In this document: one piece after another, positions 28,885 to 39,069 of the stretch | Position numbering within the stretch: position 1 is the first letter of the stretch | Layout of the letters: the number at the start of each line of letters is the position of its first letter | Assembly (NCBI GenBank): GCA_049516875.1 | Contig: JBEKSS010000004.1 | Coordinates: forward strand, 64,001 to 128,000 | Origin: Candidatus Bathyarchaeia archaeon | Lineage (GTDB): Archaea; Thermoproteota; Bathyarchaeia; Bathyarchaeales; Bathycorpusculaceae | Reading direction: 5' to 3' | DNA: 64,000 bases | Notes under the pieces: model-generated | Told to the model about the DNA's origin: nothing | Database searches by the model: none | What the model saw: the letters and a program-made list of their open reading frames with translations, nothing else | Made by a program: the position numbers and the translations under genes

Positions 28885-29499
28885 TTGTCAAACGTGATTC
28901 TCAAAAGAGAATTCTATGAGCGAGACACGTTGACTGTTGCAAAGGAGCTTCTTGGGAAACTCCTTGTTCGTGAAACAAAAGTAGGAACTACCATCGGCAA
29001 AATCGTTGAGACGGAGGCGTATGAGGGACCAGAGGATAAGGCATCGCATGCTTACAACAATCTCTGCACAGAGAGGACGGAAGTTCAATACGGACCAAAG
29101 GGACATGCATACGTCTATCAGATTTACGGGATATACCTTTGTTTTGACGTTACAAGTGGAAGACTTGTTGGAAAACCCGAAGCAATCCTGGTGAGAGCCT
29201 TAGAGTCAATGGAAGGCTTGGGAGTCATGATGAGTCGAAGAGGAGTCTCCAACGGTCAGATCGCCAATTTGACCGCCGGTCCAGGCAAGCTTTGCGCGGC
29301 TATGGGCATATCGAAAAAACAAAACGGTGTAGATTTGTGCGTTCCACCGTTGCGCATTGAAACCGGCGGTACAGGTGATGAAAGACAGATAGTTCAAACG
29401 GGAAGGGTCAATGTAGACTATGCCGATAAATGGAAGTATTTACCCTGGAGATTCTTCATAAAAAACAATGCTTGTATCAAGGCCAAACTAGCATGTTAA
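28885..29499 (+). CDS. mpg: DNA-3-methyladenine glycosylase (MPG/AAG)
   Basis: IVETEAY, DKASHA, GHAYVYQIYG, AILVRALE, GPGKLC and LPWRF motifs. Confidence 0.9.
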   Translation: MSNVILKREFYERDTLTVAKELLGKLLVRETKVGTTIGKIVETEAYEGPEDKASHAYNNLCTERTEVQYGPKGHAYVYQIYGIYLCFDVTSGRLVGKPEAILVRALESMEGLGVMMSRRGVSNGQIANLTAGPGKLCAAMGISKKQNGVDLCVPPLRIETGGTGDERQIVQTGRVNVDYADKWKYLPWRFFIKNNACIKAKLAC

Positions 29500-29569
29500 A
29501 GGCACGCCATGAAACCGAAAATTCGGCCGATGCACCCACCAAGGAAGCTCGAGGTAAGCCTGAAATTTT

Positions 29570-29685
29570 TGGTGCTCCGGCCGGGATTTGGACCCGGGTC
29601 CGCGGCTATCTCCCAGTTTTCTGGCGTCGAGAGGCCGCTATACATGGCCCTTTCATGAAGTTTGACCGGACTATACTACCGGAGC
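29570..29685 (-). tRNA. tRNA-Glu(CTC) with two introns (18 nt at 21/22; ~20 nt at 37/38) and encoded CCA
   Basis: Acceptor stem GCTCCGG/CCGGAGC+ACCA; anticodon arm GCGGC-CT-CTC-GA-GCCGC after removing 29608-29627; D-arm restored by removing 29644-29661; both junctions form BHB-like motifs; T-loop reads TCCAAAT. Confidence 0.9.
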
Positions 29686-29707
29686 ATTGAAACATTGGTT
29701 TTCTCTT

Positions 29708-29724
29708 AAGGATAAATATCTTTT
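29708..29724 (-). promoter_or_regulatory. BRE/TATA promoter of tRNA-Glu
   Basis: Minus strand reads AAAAGATATTTATCCTT, with the TATA-like box ~26-31 nt upstream of the tRNA 5' end. Confidence 0.5.
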
Positions 29725-29827
29725 GACATGTTTGGGATTGCGGGAACATGCTTCGCAGAAACAGCGATACACTTCGCTTTTCCAGATAAACACTTGCCTT
29801 GTACTTTCGGGAGCTTCGAGTTGTCAC

Positions 29828-30067
29828 TCATTCTCTGACTGGAGGTGGAATAGCAATTAGAGTCTGAGTTCCACGCACGCCCTTAAGGTGCTGGATCTTC
29901 TCTATTATCTTCCCAAGATCCTCAATCTTGGGAAAACTCAGTAAAGCCACCACGTCAAACTGCCCTGTCACCGCGTGTGCCATTTTTACACCTTCGATCT
30001 TGAGCGTGGCCTCTGCAATATTCCAAAGTGCATTGGCCTCTGTGTTCATAAGAATGTAAGCTTCCAA
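29828..30067 (-). CDS. Lrp/AsnC ligand-binding (RAM) domain-only protein
   Basis: AYILMN..IEGVKMAHAVTGQFDVVA..GVRGTQTLI. Confidence 0.88.
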   Translation of the reverse strand: MEAYILMNTEANALWNIAEATLKIEGVKMAHAVTGQFDVVALLSFPKIEDLGKIIEKIQHLKGVRGTQTLIAIPPPVRE

Positions 30068-30465
30068 ACAGATTCCTTCAGCTGGTTATGTTGTCAATTT
30101 GCGCATAAAAAACTTGGGATGCAATACGCCAAGTTCTGGAACAATGCTTTAACAGAAAGTTGGCTGATAGCAAGGGCAACGGTTTTCTATTTCATTACTT
30201 CCTTAGATAGACAAGGCGAATCTCCAACCTAATCAGCTACGACGGTTCTGAAGCTACTGACATTTTTTCGTAAGCCCTTTATGGCTTAATTCGATGCCCG
30301 CAGTTACTTGCACCTAAATTTGCAGCTTTTCCATTGCTAATGCAAAAACCTGAATTTCCCGAGGAGAAAGTTGTAGTCTTCGGTCGCATGAAAAGCGGTC
30401 GCCATATGAAAAATGGAGACAAATTGCCGGACTCATGATAAAGAAGAAAAGATTAGAGCGCATTT

Positions 30466-30933
30466 TTACCGTGGTTTTTCTGAAGCGTTATCAATCTGTA
30501 GTTCTCTGACTCTTGTTTCGATGAATTCGGTGACTTTCTTCTGGTTGTACTCCTTTTCTTCCTGCTGCTTTTTCAGTTGTTCTTTGATTGTTTCCAGAAT
30601 CTTGCAAATTTCAAATGGCTTCAGCATATAGCCGTCTGCCTTGTTGTTTACAGCTTCTATAGCGTTCTGGATCGATGGAAACCCTGTTATGATAATTTTT
30701 CTCATTCGGGGCACGGTTTCTTTCAACTTTGCGAGAAGCGTCACCCCTTCAATGTCTGGAAGACGCACATCTATCAGTGCAAGATTGTAAAACTTCGCGG
30801 TAGACTTTTCAATGGCTTCCTTTCCATTTTCCGCAGTGTCAACTACGTATCCTTCTTCTTCCAATATCGTTGACAAGATTTTTCTTATGCTTTCGTCATC
30901 GTCGACGATAAGGATTCTGGTACGTTCACCCAA
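30466..30933 (-). CDS. Response regulator (REC domain plus short helical tail)
   Basis: ILIVDDD, ALIDVRLPD, IITG and KPF motifs; overlaps the 3' end of the kinase. Confidence 0.92.
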   Translation of the reverse strand: MGERTRILIVDDDESIRKILSTILEEEGYVVDTAENGKEAIEKSTAKFYNLALIDVRLPDIEGVTLLAKLKETVPRMRKIIITGFPSIQNAIEAVNNKADGYMLKPFEICKILETIKEQLKKQQEEKEYNQKKVTEFIETRVRELQIDNASEKPR

Positions 30934-33900
30934 ACTTCCTCACCCTCTTCAACTTTCGGCTCGATCGGAACGGTTATGGTGAAGGTTGTACCCTTCCCAA
31001 CAGTGCTTTCGACAGAGATTTTGCCCCCGTGAGCTTCAACAATGCGCTTGCAAATTGGCAAACCAAAACCCATTCCTTTAGCTTTTGTCGTGAAAAGCGG
31101 TCTCCAAAGCTTGTCCAGCACTTGTTTTGACATTCCGACTCCAGTATCAGAAAAGGCAATTTGGACGTTGGCGTTGACCCTTCTGCTTCTTATCGTCAAC
31201 GTACCGCCTATAGGCATAGCGTCAAACGCGTTCTTGATCATGTTGGCGAAAGTCCTCTTCATCTTTTCAACATCAGCCTTCATCCGAGGTTTGTTCTTCG
31301 TTAAGTTCACTACTCGAATGTTTTCTGGAACTGTCACAAGCGACAAGGTTTCTCGTATTATTGATTTTGGAGTGGTGCGGATCAATTCCAACTTGAGTTC
31401 TCTTGAGTATTCCAGAAGGTCGTTTATGATCTTGTTCGAATATTCTATGTCTTTCTCAATAATCTTCAACATCTCTTTTGCTTTGAAGTCCATTCTTTTG
31501 CCAAACTTCGTTTTCAAATAGTAGGCTGCACCTGTGATGCCGGTCAGCGGATTGCGCAGATCATGACCAATCATAGCGGCCAGTTCGCCTATGGCGGCAA
31601 GTCTTTCAGACTTGAAAAGTTGCTGTTCCATTTGTTTACGAGCAGTTATGTCTTTAGTCATTGCCACAAATCCCATTGCTTTGCCAGAAGCGTCTTTGAT
31701 GACGGTTGCAGAGAGTTCAGCGGGAAATTCGCGACCGTCTTTGGTTACAAACGCGTATTCGACATTCTTTATTGATCCTTGCTCAAATGCTTTCTTCATG
31801 TTCTCAATGGCTTTCTGGCGGTCTTTATTTGAAATTAGCACGAGAGCGCTTTTGCCGATGAGTTCTTTTTTCGAAGAATAGCCGTGCATTTTCACTGACT
31901 GCTCATTGCATTCAATGATCTTCCCTTCCGAGTCGGCTGCTATGATGGCATCCGGCGAAGCAGCAAATATGCTTCTCAGTTTCTCTTCGCTTTCCTTCAA
32001 GTTCTTGGTTCTTTCCTTGACCTTTTCCTCCAGATGGTTTGTATATTCCTCAAGTTGATTCTTCGCATCGTTCAACTGCTGGATAAGCCTTGCACTTTCT
32101 ACGGCAACAGCAGCTTGATGAGCGAACAGTTCAAGAGGAGCAAGTGACTCTTTCGTTGGACGTCGCCCATCAGCGGGGTCATCCATACTCATTATACCTA
32201 CCACTTGGCCACTGGGCAACCGCAGCGGAATGTACAGTAGGTCATCTGGATTCCAATCAACTGTGTCTTCTTTGGGAACCTTGCTTGTCAGTGCATACTT
32301 GAATTGTTCTTGGACGAGCGGATCGCTCCAAGGCAGATAGTAAAATTCTCCTAGCCGATAACGTTCAAACATCGAGCTTAGACGTTTACCCCACACGTGT
32401 CCTGGTGCTTGGTGTCCCTTGAGATATTGTTCTTCTTTTGGCGTTAGTCCGGCTGTCACAACATCGGTGGTGTTGAGGTTTTCGTCTCGCAAAGATATGA
32501 CCACTCTTTTCCAACCTTGTTCGCGAACTGCCTCGGCGACGGTCTTAAGCCGTTTGCGCATATCCATAGTGTGTAGCATTACCGCGGAACTTTTCATCAG
32601 GGTTTCCAATTTCTTGGAGATGCCCCGGTACTTTTCCTCGTCTTCTTTTAGAGCATGTTCCATCCTCTTTCGCTCAGTGATATCTCTGACAATGCCTACC
32701 GCGTTCCATTGCCCCTTTATTTTCAGGGCTGAAAGAGAGAGCTCCGCTGGAAATTCTTTTCCGTCTTTACTCTTTGCCGCGAATTCTATCTCCTTTCCCA
32801 TAAGTGGATAGTGCCCTGTCTTCTGAAGCCCTTCAAGTGCTTTGTGAATGTCTTTGTGAAAGTGCTTGGGGACTATGAGATTAAACACGTTTTTGCCACT
32901 TACTTCCTCATTGGTATACCCAAAGATTCTTTGGGCAGCAGGATTCCAGTAAGAAATTCTTCCTTTAACGTCCACCAAGATTATGGCATCCATTGCGGAA
33001 GCACTTATTACACGGAATTTTTCCTCGCTGTCTCGCATTTGAAGCAGTGCCTGCCTACGCTTTTCTTCAACTCCAATGGCTGAGGCCAATAACCCGATGA
33101 TCTTCTTGTCCTCTTCACGGGGGTTGAAATCTCCTTTGTAGAGGAGGCAGAGAGAACCGATGTATGAATCATCGAATCTTACCGCCTTGCCTACGCAAGT
33201 CTGCAGTTTGTAACGTGCCACGTTTGGATCGGTCTTGGCATACACTGTGTCACGCAAGTTTCTAATCACGGTAATGTCGTCTGCTCCTTGCTGAATTACG
33301 TCGTAGCAGATGTGCCCATTGGGCTTGTCAACAGGATTATAGTCTGGAGGCATGTTCCATCGTCCAACGGAGCATAGCATTCCTTGATCAAGCCGATTGT
33401 AGAGCGCGTAAGTCGCGCCCAGAAGCTCTCCACACAAAGCAACGATGCTGTCGATGTTTCCATCAGGCTCAGCTTTGAAGCTGAGGAAGGATCTGTTCAA
33501 CTTCTCCATTCTTTCCTCTGTTTTCTTGCGTTCAGTTATGTCGCGAACGATACCTAATTCGCCTATGATTTTGCCTCTTTCAATCTGAGGCTTACTCGTG
33601 AATTCTCCAGTGAGGTATTTGCCGGATTTCGAACGCACCCGCAATTCATAGGGTGGTATGACTTCTCCACACAATGTCTTTTGAAACGTCTCTATTGCCA
33701 GTGGCAGATCATCGGGATGAATGATTGACATAAAAGATTTACCGAGCCATTCGGAACGCTGCCAACCTGTTATCTTCTCAAACGCAGGGTTCAAAGAAGT
33801 GATGGTTCCGTTCTCGGCGGAGATTGTGTAGATTGCTTCGGGCGCGGTTTCAACAAGATTGCGGTAACGCTCTTCCTCTTCCTCCAGAGCTTCTTCTTTT

Positions 33901-34739
33901 TGCCGGTGCGCAGTTGATTTCTCAAAAGTCACACCGACGCAGTTGTCGGGCAGAGGAAAGACCTTGACAGAAAAGATGCTTCCCGGTATACGTTCGTCGC
34001 CGTAATGTATTTCTCCTAGGTCTCTCGCCTTACCAGAGCGAATGACTTCAACACACACTCTCGGAAACTCACTCTCAAGCAGCTTAGGAAAGACTTCCAC
34101 CAAAGTTTTTCCGAGAACAGCTTTTCTAGCAAGTCCTGTGATATGCTCGGCAGCAGGATTGCTGAAAACCAGTCTGAGTGTTGCAATATTACCTGCACTT
34201 TCTATGCGCCAAACATCCAAACCGATCTGCATGCTCTCAATTATGCTGTCACAGAAGCAGGCATAGTCTTTTATTTTTTCAGGTTGGTCCCTGTCTCCCG
34301 TGGCAACTGCGGAGCTAACAGAGCTATCGCGGGAAACCTTTTCTGCCTTTGATTCTTCTTTTCTCGAATCTTCGTTCGCTTTTTCTTCTATCAAACTTAT
34401 TTTCCACCTTAACTCGTTTACACTATCTGAAAATTGAAAATCCTCCGTCTCTACATAATCAAAACCAATCTTTCGGTGTAAATTCTTTATGATCAGTTTC
34501 TCTATAACCACCGCCGCTGAACCCAAAAGCCTCTCTAAACCAGCAGAAAACCTGTCGGGGTTCTTCACGATTTCTTCTCGTTTCAACTGGAAGTTTTTCT
34601 CAAAAGAAGCATGAATGACTTCGACACCTACTCCTTTGAAAATCTGCTCTAGCGTCTCATCTATAACCTCAAGCAGCATGGCATCCGATTTTCCACCTGT
34701 TTTAGGAACTTTCCTTTCAGATTTGGAGCGAGATGCCAT
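30885..34739 (-). CDS. Cytoplasmic sensor histidine kinase (DUF3227/NitrOD5-PAS-PAS-GAF-PAS-GAF-PAS-HisKA-HATPase)
   Basis: Repeated NPA..IFG/ITG and DITERK motifs; GHDLRNPL H-box; NAFDAM, DTGVG and GMGFGL boxes; no TM segments. Confidence 0.92.
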   Translation of the reverse strand: MASRSKSERKVPKTGGKSDAMLLEVIDETLEQIFKGVGVEVIHASFEKNFQLKREEIVKNPDRFSAGLERLLGSAAVVIEKLIIKNLHRKIGFDYVETEDFQFSDSVNELRWKISLIEEKANEDSRKEESKAEKVSRDSSVSSAVATGDRDQPEKIKDYACFCDSIIESMQIGLDVWRIESAGNIATLRLVFSNPAAEHITGLARKAVLGKTLVEVFPKLLESEFPRVCVEVIRSGKARDLGEIHYGDERIPGSIFSVKVFPLPDNCVGVTFEKSTAHRQKEEALEEEEERYRNLVETAPEAIYTISAENGTITSLNPAFEKITGWQRSEWLGKSFMSIIHPDDLPLAIETFQKTLCGEVIPPYELRVRSKSGKYLTGEFTSKPQIERGKIIGELGIVRDITERKKTEERMEKLNRSFLSFKAEPDGNIDSIVALCGELLGATYALYNRLDQGMLCSVGRWNMPPDYNPVDKPNGHICYDVIQQGADDITVIRNLRDTVYAKTDPNVARYKLQTCVGKAVRFDDSYIGSLCLLYKGDFNPREEDKKIIGLLASAIGVEEKRRQALLQMRDSEEKFRVISASAMDAIILVDVKGRISYWNPAAQRIFGYTNEEVSGKNVFNLIVPKHFHKDIHKALEGLQKTGHYPLMGKEIEFAAKSKDGKEFPAELSLSALKIKGQWNAVGIVRDITERKRMEHALKEDEEKYRGISKKLETLMKSSAVMLHTMDMRKRLKTVAEAVREQGWKRVVISLRDENLNTTDVVTAGLTPKEEQYLKGHQAPGHVWGKRLSSMFERYRLGEFYYLPWSDPLVQEQFKYALTSKVPKEDTVDWNPDDLLYIPLRLPSGQVVGIMSMDDPADGRRPTKESLAPLELFAHQAAVAVESARLIQQLNDAKNQLEEYTNHLEEKVKERTKNLKESEEKLRSIFAASPDAIIAADSEGKIIECNEQSVKMHGYSSKKELIGKSALVLISNKDRQKAIENMKKAFEQGSIKNVEYAFVTKDGREFPAELSATVIKDASGKAMGFVAMTKDITARKQMEQQLFKSERLAAIGELAAMIGHDLRNPLTGITGAAYYLKTKFGKRMDFKAKEMLKIIEKDIEYSNKIINDLLEYSRELKLELIRTTPKSIIRETLSLVTVPENIRVVNLTKNKPRMKADVEKMKRTFANMIKNAFDAMPIGGTLTIRSRRVNANVQIAFSDTGVGMSKQVLDKLWRPLFTTKAKGMGFGLPICKRIVEAHGGKISVESTVGKGTTFTITVPIEPKVEEGEEVWVNVPESLSSTMTKA

Positions 34740-34962
34740 GTTCTACCTCTCTACCATAGGAAACTTGCATGTCCAGGTTTCTGCCAGCAGACTCCCGGTT
34801 GGCAGTCAAAAATGACTAATGTTCGTGATTTATCCATTATGAATTTGAAGTACGTATTGCTCCTAACATTGCCTTGGGCTATTTTTGGCCAATGAGTATC
34901 CCCATTCTCATTCTCAAGTGACATGCAAGTAAAGAATAAATGTTCGCTCTTGAAAGATTTGC

Positions 34963-35252
34963 TTGGTTGGAGACACGTTCCTCCTTTCAAACGAACCATA
35001 TACTACCAACGAATACATAGGGGAGCTATTAGAAGAACAAGTTCTTTCAGGCAGGACAGATTCTGACAACTCGTCAGATAAACCCTTTCCGCAGTACCCC
35101 TTGTTCACAGTATGTGTATGGAGGGCAACTTTAACAATTCGAAGGTCAAACTCAGCAGTTGCCTTGGATTGTACGCCGACGAGCTTGCGCAGACCTTTGA
35201 ACAAAAAAGCACCAAAGCGTGTGTTGACCAGATGCCGAGTTCCCACATCTAG
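34963..35252 (+). pseudogene. Possible frameshifted remnant of a lineage-specific hypothetical protein
   Basis: Fragments in two frames (LSNEPYTTNEYIGE.. and MEGNFNNSKVKLSSCLGLYADELAQTFEQKSTKACV) resemble a Bathyarchaeia family recalled from memory; unverified. Confidence 0.3.
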
Positions 35253-35397
35253 TTGGTTGAATCGCCAATGATTAATGCTACGATTTACCTGCGCAAACAA
35301 GTTGAGACTGACTTAGTAAGAAATGGCTGATTGAATTCAGAAAAATCGGACGCTCGTTTCATGTCGGAATAGGCCACAACTTTGACTTTTCAACTGC

Positions 35398-35610
35398 TTA
35401 TTCCCCGCTTGGTTCCTTCCACTTTTCTATTATCAGCTTGTTCTCCCCGTGTTTGAAGGTTATTTTCACTGGAATCGAATCAGCTCCTCTTTTCGTTCTG
35501 GTGTATTCTTTGAATGGAAACATGCTATCCTCAGCCAAGTCCACGGGCAGGTAAAGCAAGTATTTGCCGTCTTTTCTTCTGAACAGGCGCCCTCTTCCTT
35601 CGCTAACCAA
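35398..35610 (-). CDS. Small AbrB/swapped-hairpin-like protein
   Basis: GRLFRRKDGKYLLYLPVDLAED..VKITFK..KLIIEK; GAGGTGA ribosome-binding site upstream. Confidence 0.7.
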   Translation of the reverse strand: MVSEGRGRLFRRKDGKYLLYLPVDLAEDSMFPFKEYTRTKRGADSIPVKITFKHGENKLIIEKWKEPSGE

Positions 35611-35783
35611 ATGACATCACCTCGATTAAATCTAAAGTTTAAGACCTAGTTATAGAGAGAAGACTATTTAACCTTTGTTCCCAAATATTGCAAAAAGAAC
35701 AATGATTGCTGGCGGTTGCCTCTAGAAAAGTGAATCACGTGCAAAAGATCACGCCAGAATCGATGACAAGAACTGAACACAGA

Positions 35784-37085
35784 CTATAGGTTCTTAAAGT
35801 TTCTCATTGGGGAATTGTCAGTCAAACGCACTTGAGATAGCCAACTTCTGCCCTCAGAATTTGTGAAGGCAACTGAGAATGCCCGTTTCCAAACGACCAT
35901 CTGTGCACGTGCGAGTGCCTTAATTTCGGTGTCCTCCTCAAAGAGCATAGCGGCGCTACTGAGAATTTCCCTGATCTGCAGGTGTTGAGGGCAAAGCTCT
36001 TTGCATCTGCCACATCTTGCGCATCTCTTAGCTTGGCTTTCGGGCGTGATATGTTCCCAATACTTGCGTTTTATTTCGTCGTCTCTATTCCTTACATAAT
36101 ATTCATTGTAAAACGAGAATATCTCTGGCACGTTCACTCCTTCTGGGCAAGGCATGCAGTATCTACATCCGGTGCATCCAATGAAGCCTAGTCTCTTGTA
36201 CCTACGCCTAACTTGACTGATGATACTCAGTTCTTTATCAGTGAGCATGTTGGCACCTGATATATTTGCGCTCTCCACGTTTTCTTTCACCTGTTCAAAG
36301 GTGCTCATGCCGCTGAGGGCAACTGATACCTCAGGATGGTTCCAAACCCATTGAAGTGCCCACTCCGCCGGCGTCCTCTTGATAGTAGCCTTATCCCAGA
36401 ATCCCTGTATCTCCTTCGGGGGCTTGATAGCCAGCCTTCCGCCGGCTATGGGTTCCATCACAACAACTGCCAAACCTTTGGAAGCCGCGTAATTCAGCCC
36501 TTTCGTGCCAGCTTGGTACTGTTCTTCCATGTAATTGTACTGGATTTGGCAGAGTGTCCAACCGTCATAACCGTCTACGATCTTCTTGAAAACGCGGTAC
36601 TCATCATGAAAACTAAAACCCAAATGCCTAAACTTCCCTTCGTCCATCTTCTTCTCAGCCCACTTCAACACGCCTAACTCACAGAGCTTCTGCCACCGTT
36701 CTTTGTTAAGTCCATGAAACAGGTAGAAATCAACATAGTCCAGCTGGAGCCTTGAAAGCTGCTCGTCTAAATACTTGTTCATGTCCTTTGTGGAATTGAT
36801 AAGCCAAGTCGGCATCTTAGTGGCCAATCTTGTTTTTTCACGGTATCCATCTTGCAACGCCTTTCCAACCACGATCTCGCTGTTTCCCCTATGATAGGGA
36901 TACGCCGTGTCCAAATAGTTCACGCCATGGTCGATTGCGTACCTGATCATCCTTAAGGCTTCGGACTCGTCGATTTTCGAAGCGTCTCCATTGATAATGG
37001 GCAGCCGCATTACTCCAAATCCCAGAGCTGAAACTTTCCAGTCCAGTCTGCCAAAGTTCCGGTACTTTACAAGAAACCACTTCAC
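35784..37085 (-). CDS. Aldo/keto reductase with C-terminal 4Fe-4S domain
   Basis: LGFGVMRLP, DTAYPYH, ATKMP, GFSFHD, QIQYNY, CTGCRYCMPCP and CARCGRCKELCP motifs. Confidence 0.9.
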   Translation of the reverse strand: MKWFLVKYRNFGRLDWKVSALGFGVMRLPIINGDASKIDESEALRMIRYAIDHGVNYLDTAYPYHRGNSEIVVGKALQDGYREKTRLATKMPTWLINSTKDMNKYLDEQLSRLQLDYVDFYLFHGLNKERWQKLCELGVLKWAEKKMDEGKFRHLGFSFHDEYRVFKKIVDGYDGWTLCQIQYNYMEEQYQAGTKGLNYAASKGLAVVVMEPIAGGRLAIKPPKEIQGFWDKATIKRTPAEWALQWVWNHPEVSVALSGMSTFEQVKENVESANISGANMLTDKELSIISQVRRRYKRLGFIGCTGCRYCMPCPEGVNVPEIFSFYNEYYVRNRDDEIKRKYWEHITPESQAKRCARCGRCKELCPQHLQIREILSSAAMLFEEDTEIKALARAQMVVWKRAFSVAFTNSEGRSWLSQVRLTDNSPMRNFKNL

Positions 37086-37572
37086 TTGTCAGGTTACCGA
37101 TAAACAAATCTGCTTATAGGTATTCTGGGATTGGCTTCTGATACGAGCATTCTGCACGTGCTATGTCCTCTTCATTTCTCCTCTCTTTCCAAAGACTGCT
37201 ACCATTGGGTTTCCAAACCTTTCTTTCTTCGTCAACGGTCTTCCGATAGTCCATGAATCTGCCCTTTGATACCTGGTAGGTGGAACAAGAATTGAATATG
37301 CTTTATGCGAATACACATCAAGGGTGTTTGGAAGCAAGTGGAAACTGTGTACCTTCTATTGTCTCCGAAAATTCCAAACCTCTTCCCGAATCCTTTCCAA
37401 TCTTCAGGGTAGCACATTAGTGTTTTAATGAAGTCCAGTGCGGCGAATGCTTCTTTCGGTATGTTTTCAATTGTTTTCCCAATCTTTCTTCAATAATCGG
37501 TTTTGATCCCATTTTAGCCGTCCAACAGTTGGAATAGATTGCTTGTGCTTTGATAAAGCCCGCGTCAATTTG

Positions 37573-37926
37573 TTAGATGTTTGATTGCAGCAGGAGGATC
37601 GCTTTGGCTAGGTCTCCTTGGCACTCTTCCAGCGCTTTTCTCGCTTCTTCCAAGCTTTTTCCTGTTTGGTCAGCCACAAGCCTGACGTCTTCTTCAGCTA
37701 CACCTGATGGTTTGTGTTCTGCTGTTTTCTCAGTGATTTTCCCACCTGTGACCTGAAAGATTTTCTGTCCCTGCATTTCAAGCATTGCCACTTCCGGCTC
37801 TTCAATAGTGATCTCTTTACTGCCCGTTTTGATGATTACTTGTTCGACGTCTGTCATCGCATCCATGCTTAGACCCATGCGTTGCATCATGCGTTTTGCT
37901 TCTCGAGGATTCACGCGCCTGTGCAT
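37573..37926 (-). CDS. nac: Nascent polypeptide-associated complex protein (aNAC)
   Basis: NPREAKRMMQRMG..EEDVRLVADQTG..GDLAKAILLL (NAC plus UBA domains). Confidence 0.93.
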   Translation of the reverse strand: MHRRVNPREAKRMMQRMGLSMDAMTDVEQVIIKTGSKEITIEEPEVAMLEMQGQKIFQVTGGKITEKTAEHKPSGVAEEDVRLVADQTGKSLEEARKALEECQGDLAKAILLLQSNI

Positions 37927-37972
37927 AGCCTCACCCTATCTGTATAACATTTGTAATTCAAACTTCATATAC

Positions 37973-38449
37973 TTAACCTTCCTCAATGCGCCCGCGTCTA
38001 ACCTTCACGGCGACGCCGCGTTTAAAGGCCCTCATTTCCTCACCTGAAAGGACAGCGCGCCCAACCGCTAAGACCTGGCCCTCTTCATCAAGTACGATGA
38101 CCTCGTCTTTCGCGCGAACTTCATCATCAGCTCTCACGACGTGTGCAGCGAAAACGTCGCCACCATCAGCGATGAACTTCGCCACTTCGCTGCGAACGGC
38201 AACGAAACACTTTGCAGGTCGTCCACTTTGAACAATTCGCTTCGCCCCCTCAATGCTCAGAGCGAAGAAGCCGTCTGTGGGACGCATGGTTCCAAGTCGT
38301 TTACCCTCCAGGTATACGTAGCGGATTCGGCCGGTCTTCCTTGAAAAAACGGTATTCACGTTCTTGGGAAAAAGCGTCATGCCCACTCCTTTGCCAAACT
38401 GATAATCCGCTACGCTTCTAATCCTTCTCAAGGCCTCCTCCAAGCTCAT
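37973..38449 (-). CDS. PUA-domain protein (archaeosine TGT C-terminal-like)
   Basis: ADYQFG, SRKTGRIR, GGDVFAAHV and GVAVKVR motifs. Confidence 0.88.
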   Translation of the reverse strand: MSLEEALRRIRSVADYQFGKGVGMTLFPKNVNTVFSRKTGRIRYVYLEGKRLGTMRPTDGFFALSIEGAKRIVQSGRPAKCFVAVRSEVAKFIADGGDVFAAHVVRADDEVRAKDEVIVLDEEGQVLAVGRAVLSGEEMRAFKRGVAVKVRRGRIEEG

Positions 38450-38526
38450 CACCAGCAAACACAAATGCCGTTTCGACAACTATAAACACCACTAGAATAA
38501 TAAAAGCAGTTCAGGTAGACAGGAAA

Positions 38527-39069
38527 TTGCGATGCGAAGTCTGTGGACGTAGAATCAACGGAAAATCCTTCAACGTCATCATTGAAGGGGCAAAACTAAC
38601 GGTGTGTCATGAATGCTCAAAGCTCGGAGAAATATACTACGAAGAACCTAAAGAGAAAATCGCAGGTCCACGGCTTAGGATTACGCAAAGGCCACTGATA
38701 TTCCAGACCAAGAAGCCGCAGGCTCCGAAGGTGGACGCGAGCTTGGAACTTGTAGAGAATTTCGACCTTAAGATAAGGCAGGCCAGGGAGAAACTAGGGA
38801 TATCTCACGAGGAACTGGGTAAGAGAATAAACGAGAAAGTTTCGCTTCTCCGAAAAATCGAGACTGGAAAAATGACGCCTGACAACAGACTTGCAACAAT
38901 ACTGGAGCACGCTTTGAAAATTAAACTGATCGTTCCAGCTAAGGAAGAGAAAGTTCCGCAAGCCAAGCTGGCCAAGACTGCAAACCGCGACCTGACCCTT
39001 GGGGACCTGATTCAGCTAGACAAGAAGGGTCATGAGAAGGAGGATACTGCTGGACGAAGGCAATCATAG
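38527..39069 (+). CDS. mbf1: Multiprotein bridging factor aMBF1
   Basis: CEVCG..VCHEC Zn ribbon, HTH (IRQAREKLG..IETG) and TLGD motif. Confidence 0.93.
   Translation: MRCEVCGRRINGKSFNVIIEGAKLTVCHECSKLGEIYYEEPKEKIAGPRLRITQRPLIFQTKKPQAPKVDASLELVENFDLKIRQAREKLGISHEELGKRINEKVSLLRKIETGKMTPDNRLATILEHALKIKLIVPAKEEKVPQAKLAKTANRDLTLGDLIQLDKKGHEKEDTAGRRQS

Noticed and set aside
30300-30360. cacctaaatt here and ttgttcccaaat at ~35675 as further element-A ends
   Set aside because: Matches are too short and lack a partner inverted repeat
30885-30933. Kinase/regulator 49-nt overlap as a programmed-frameshift hybrid
   Set aside because: The regulator has its own TTG start with GGTGAGG upstream, and there is no slippery site
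37110-37512. Possible frameshifted gene upstream of the aldo/keto reductase
   Set aside because: Short frames with no recognisable family; cannot be supported
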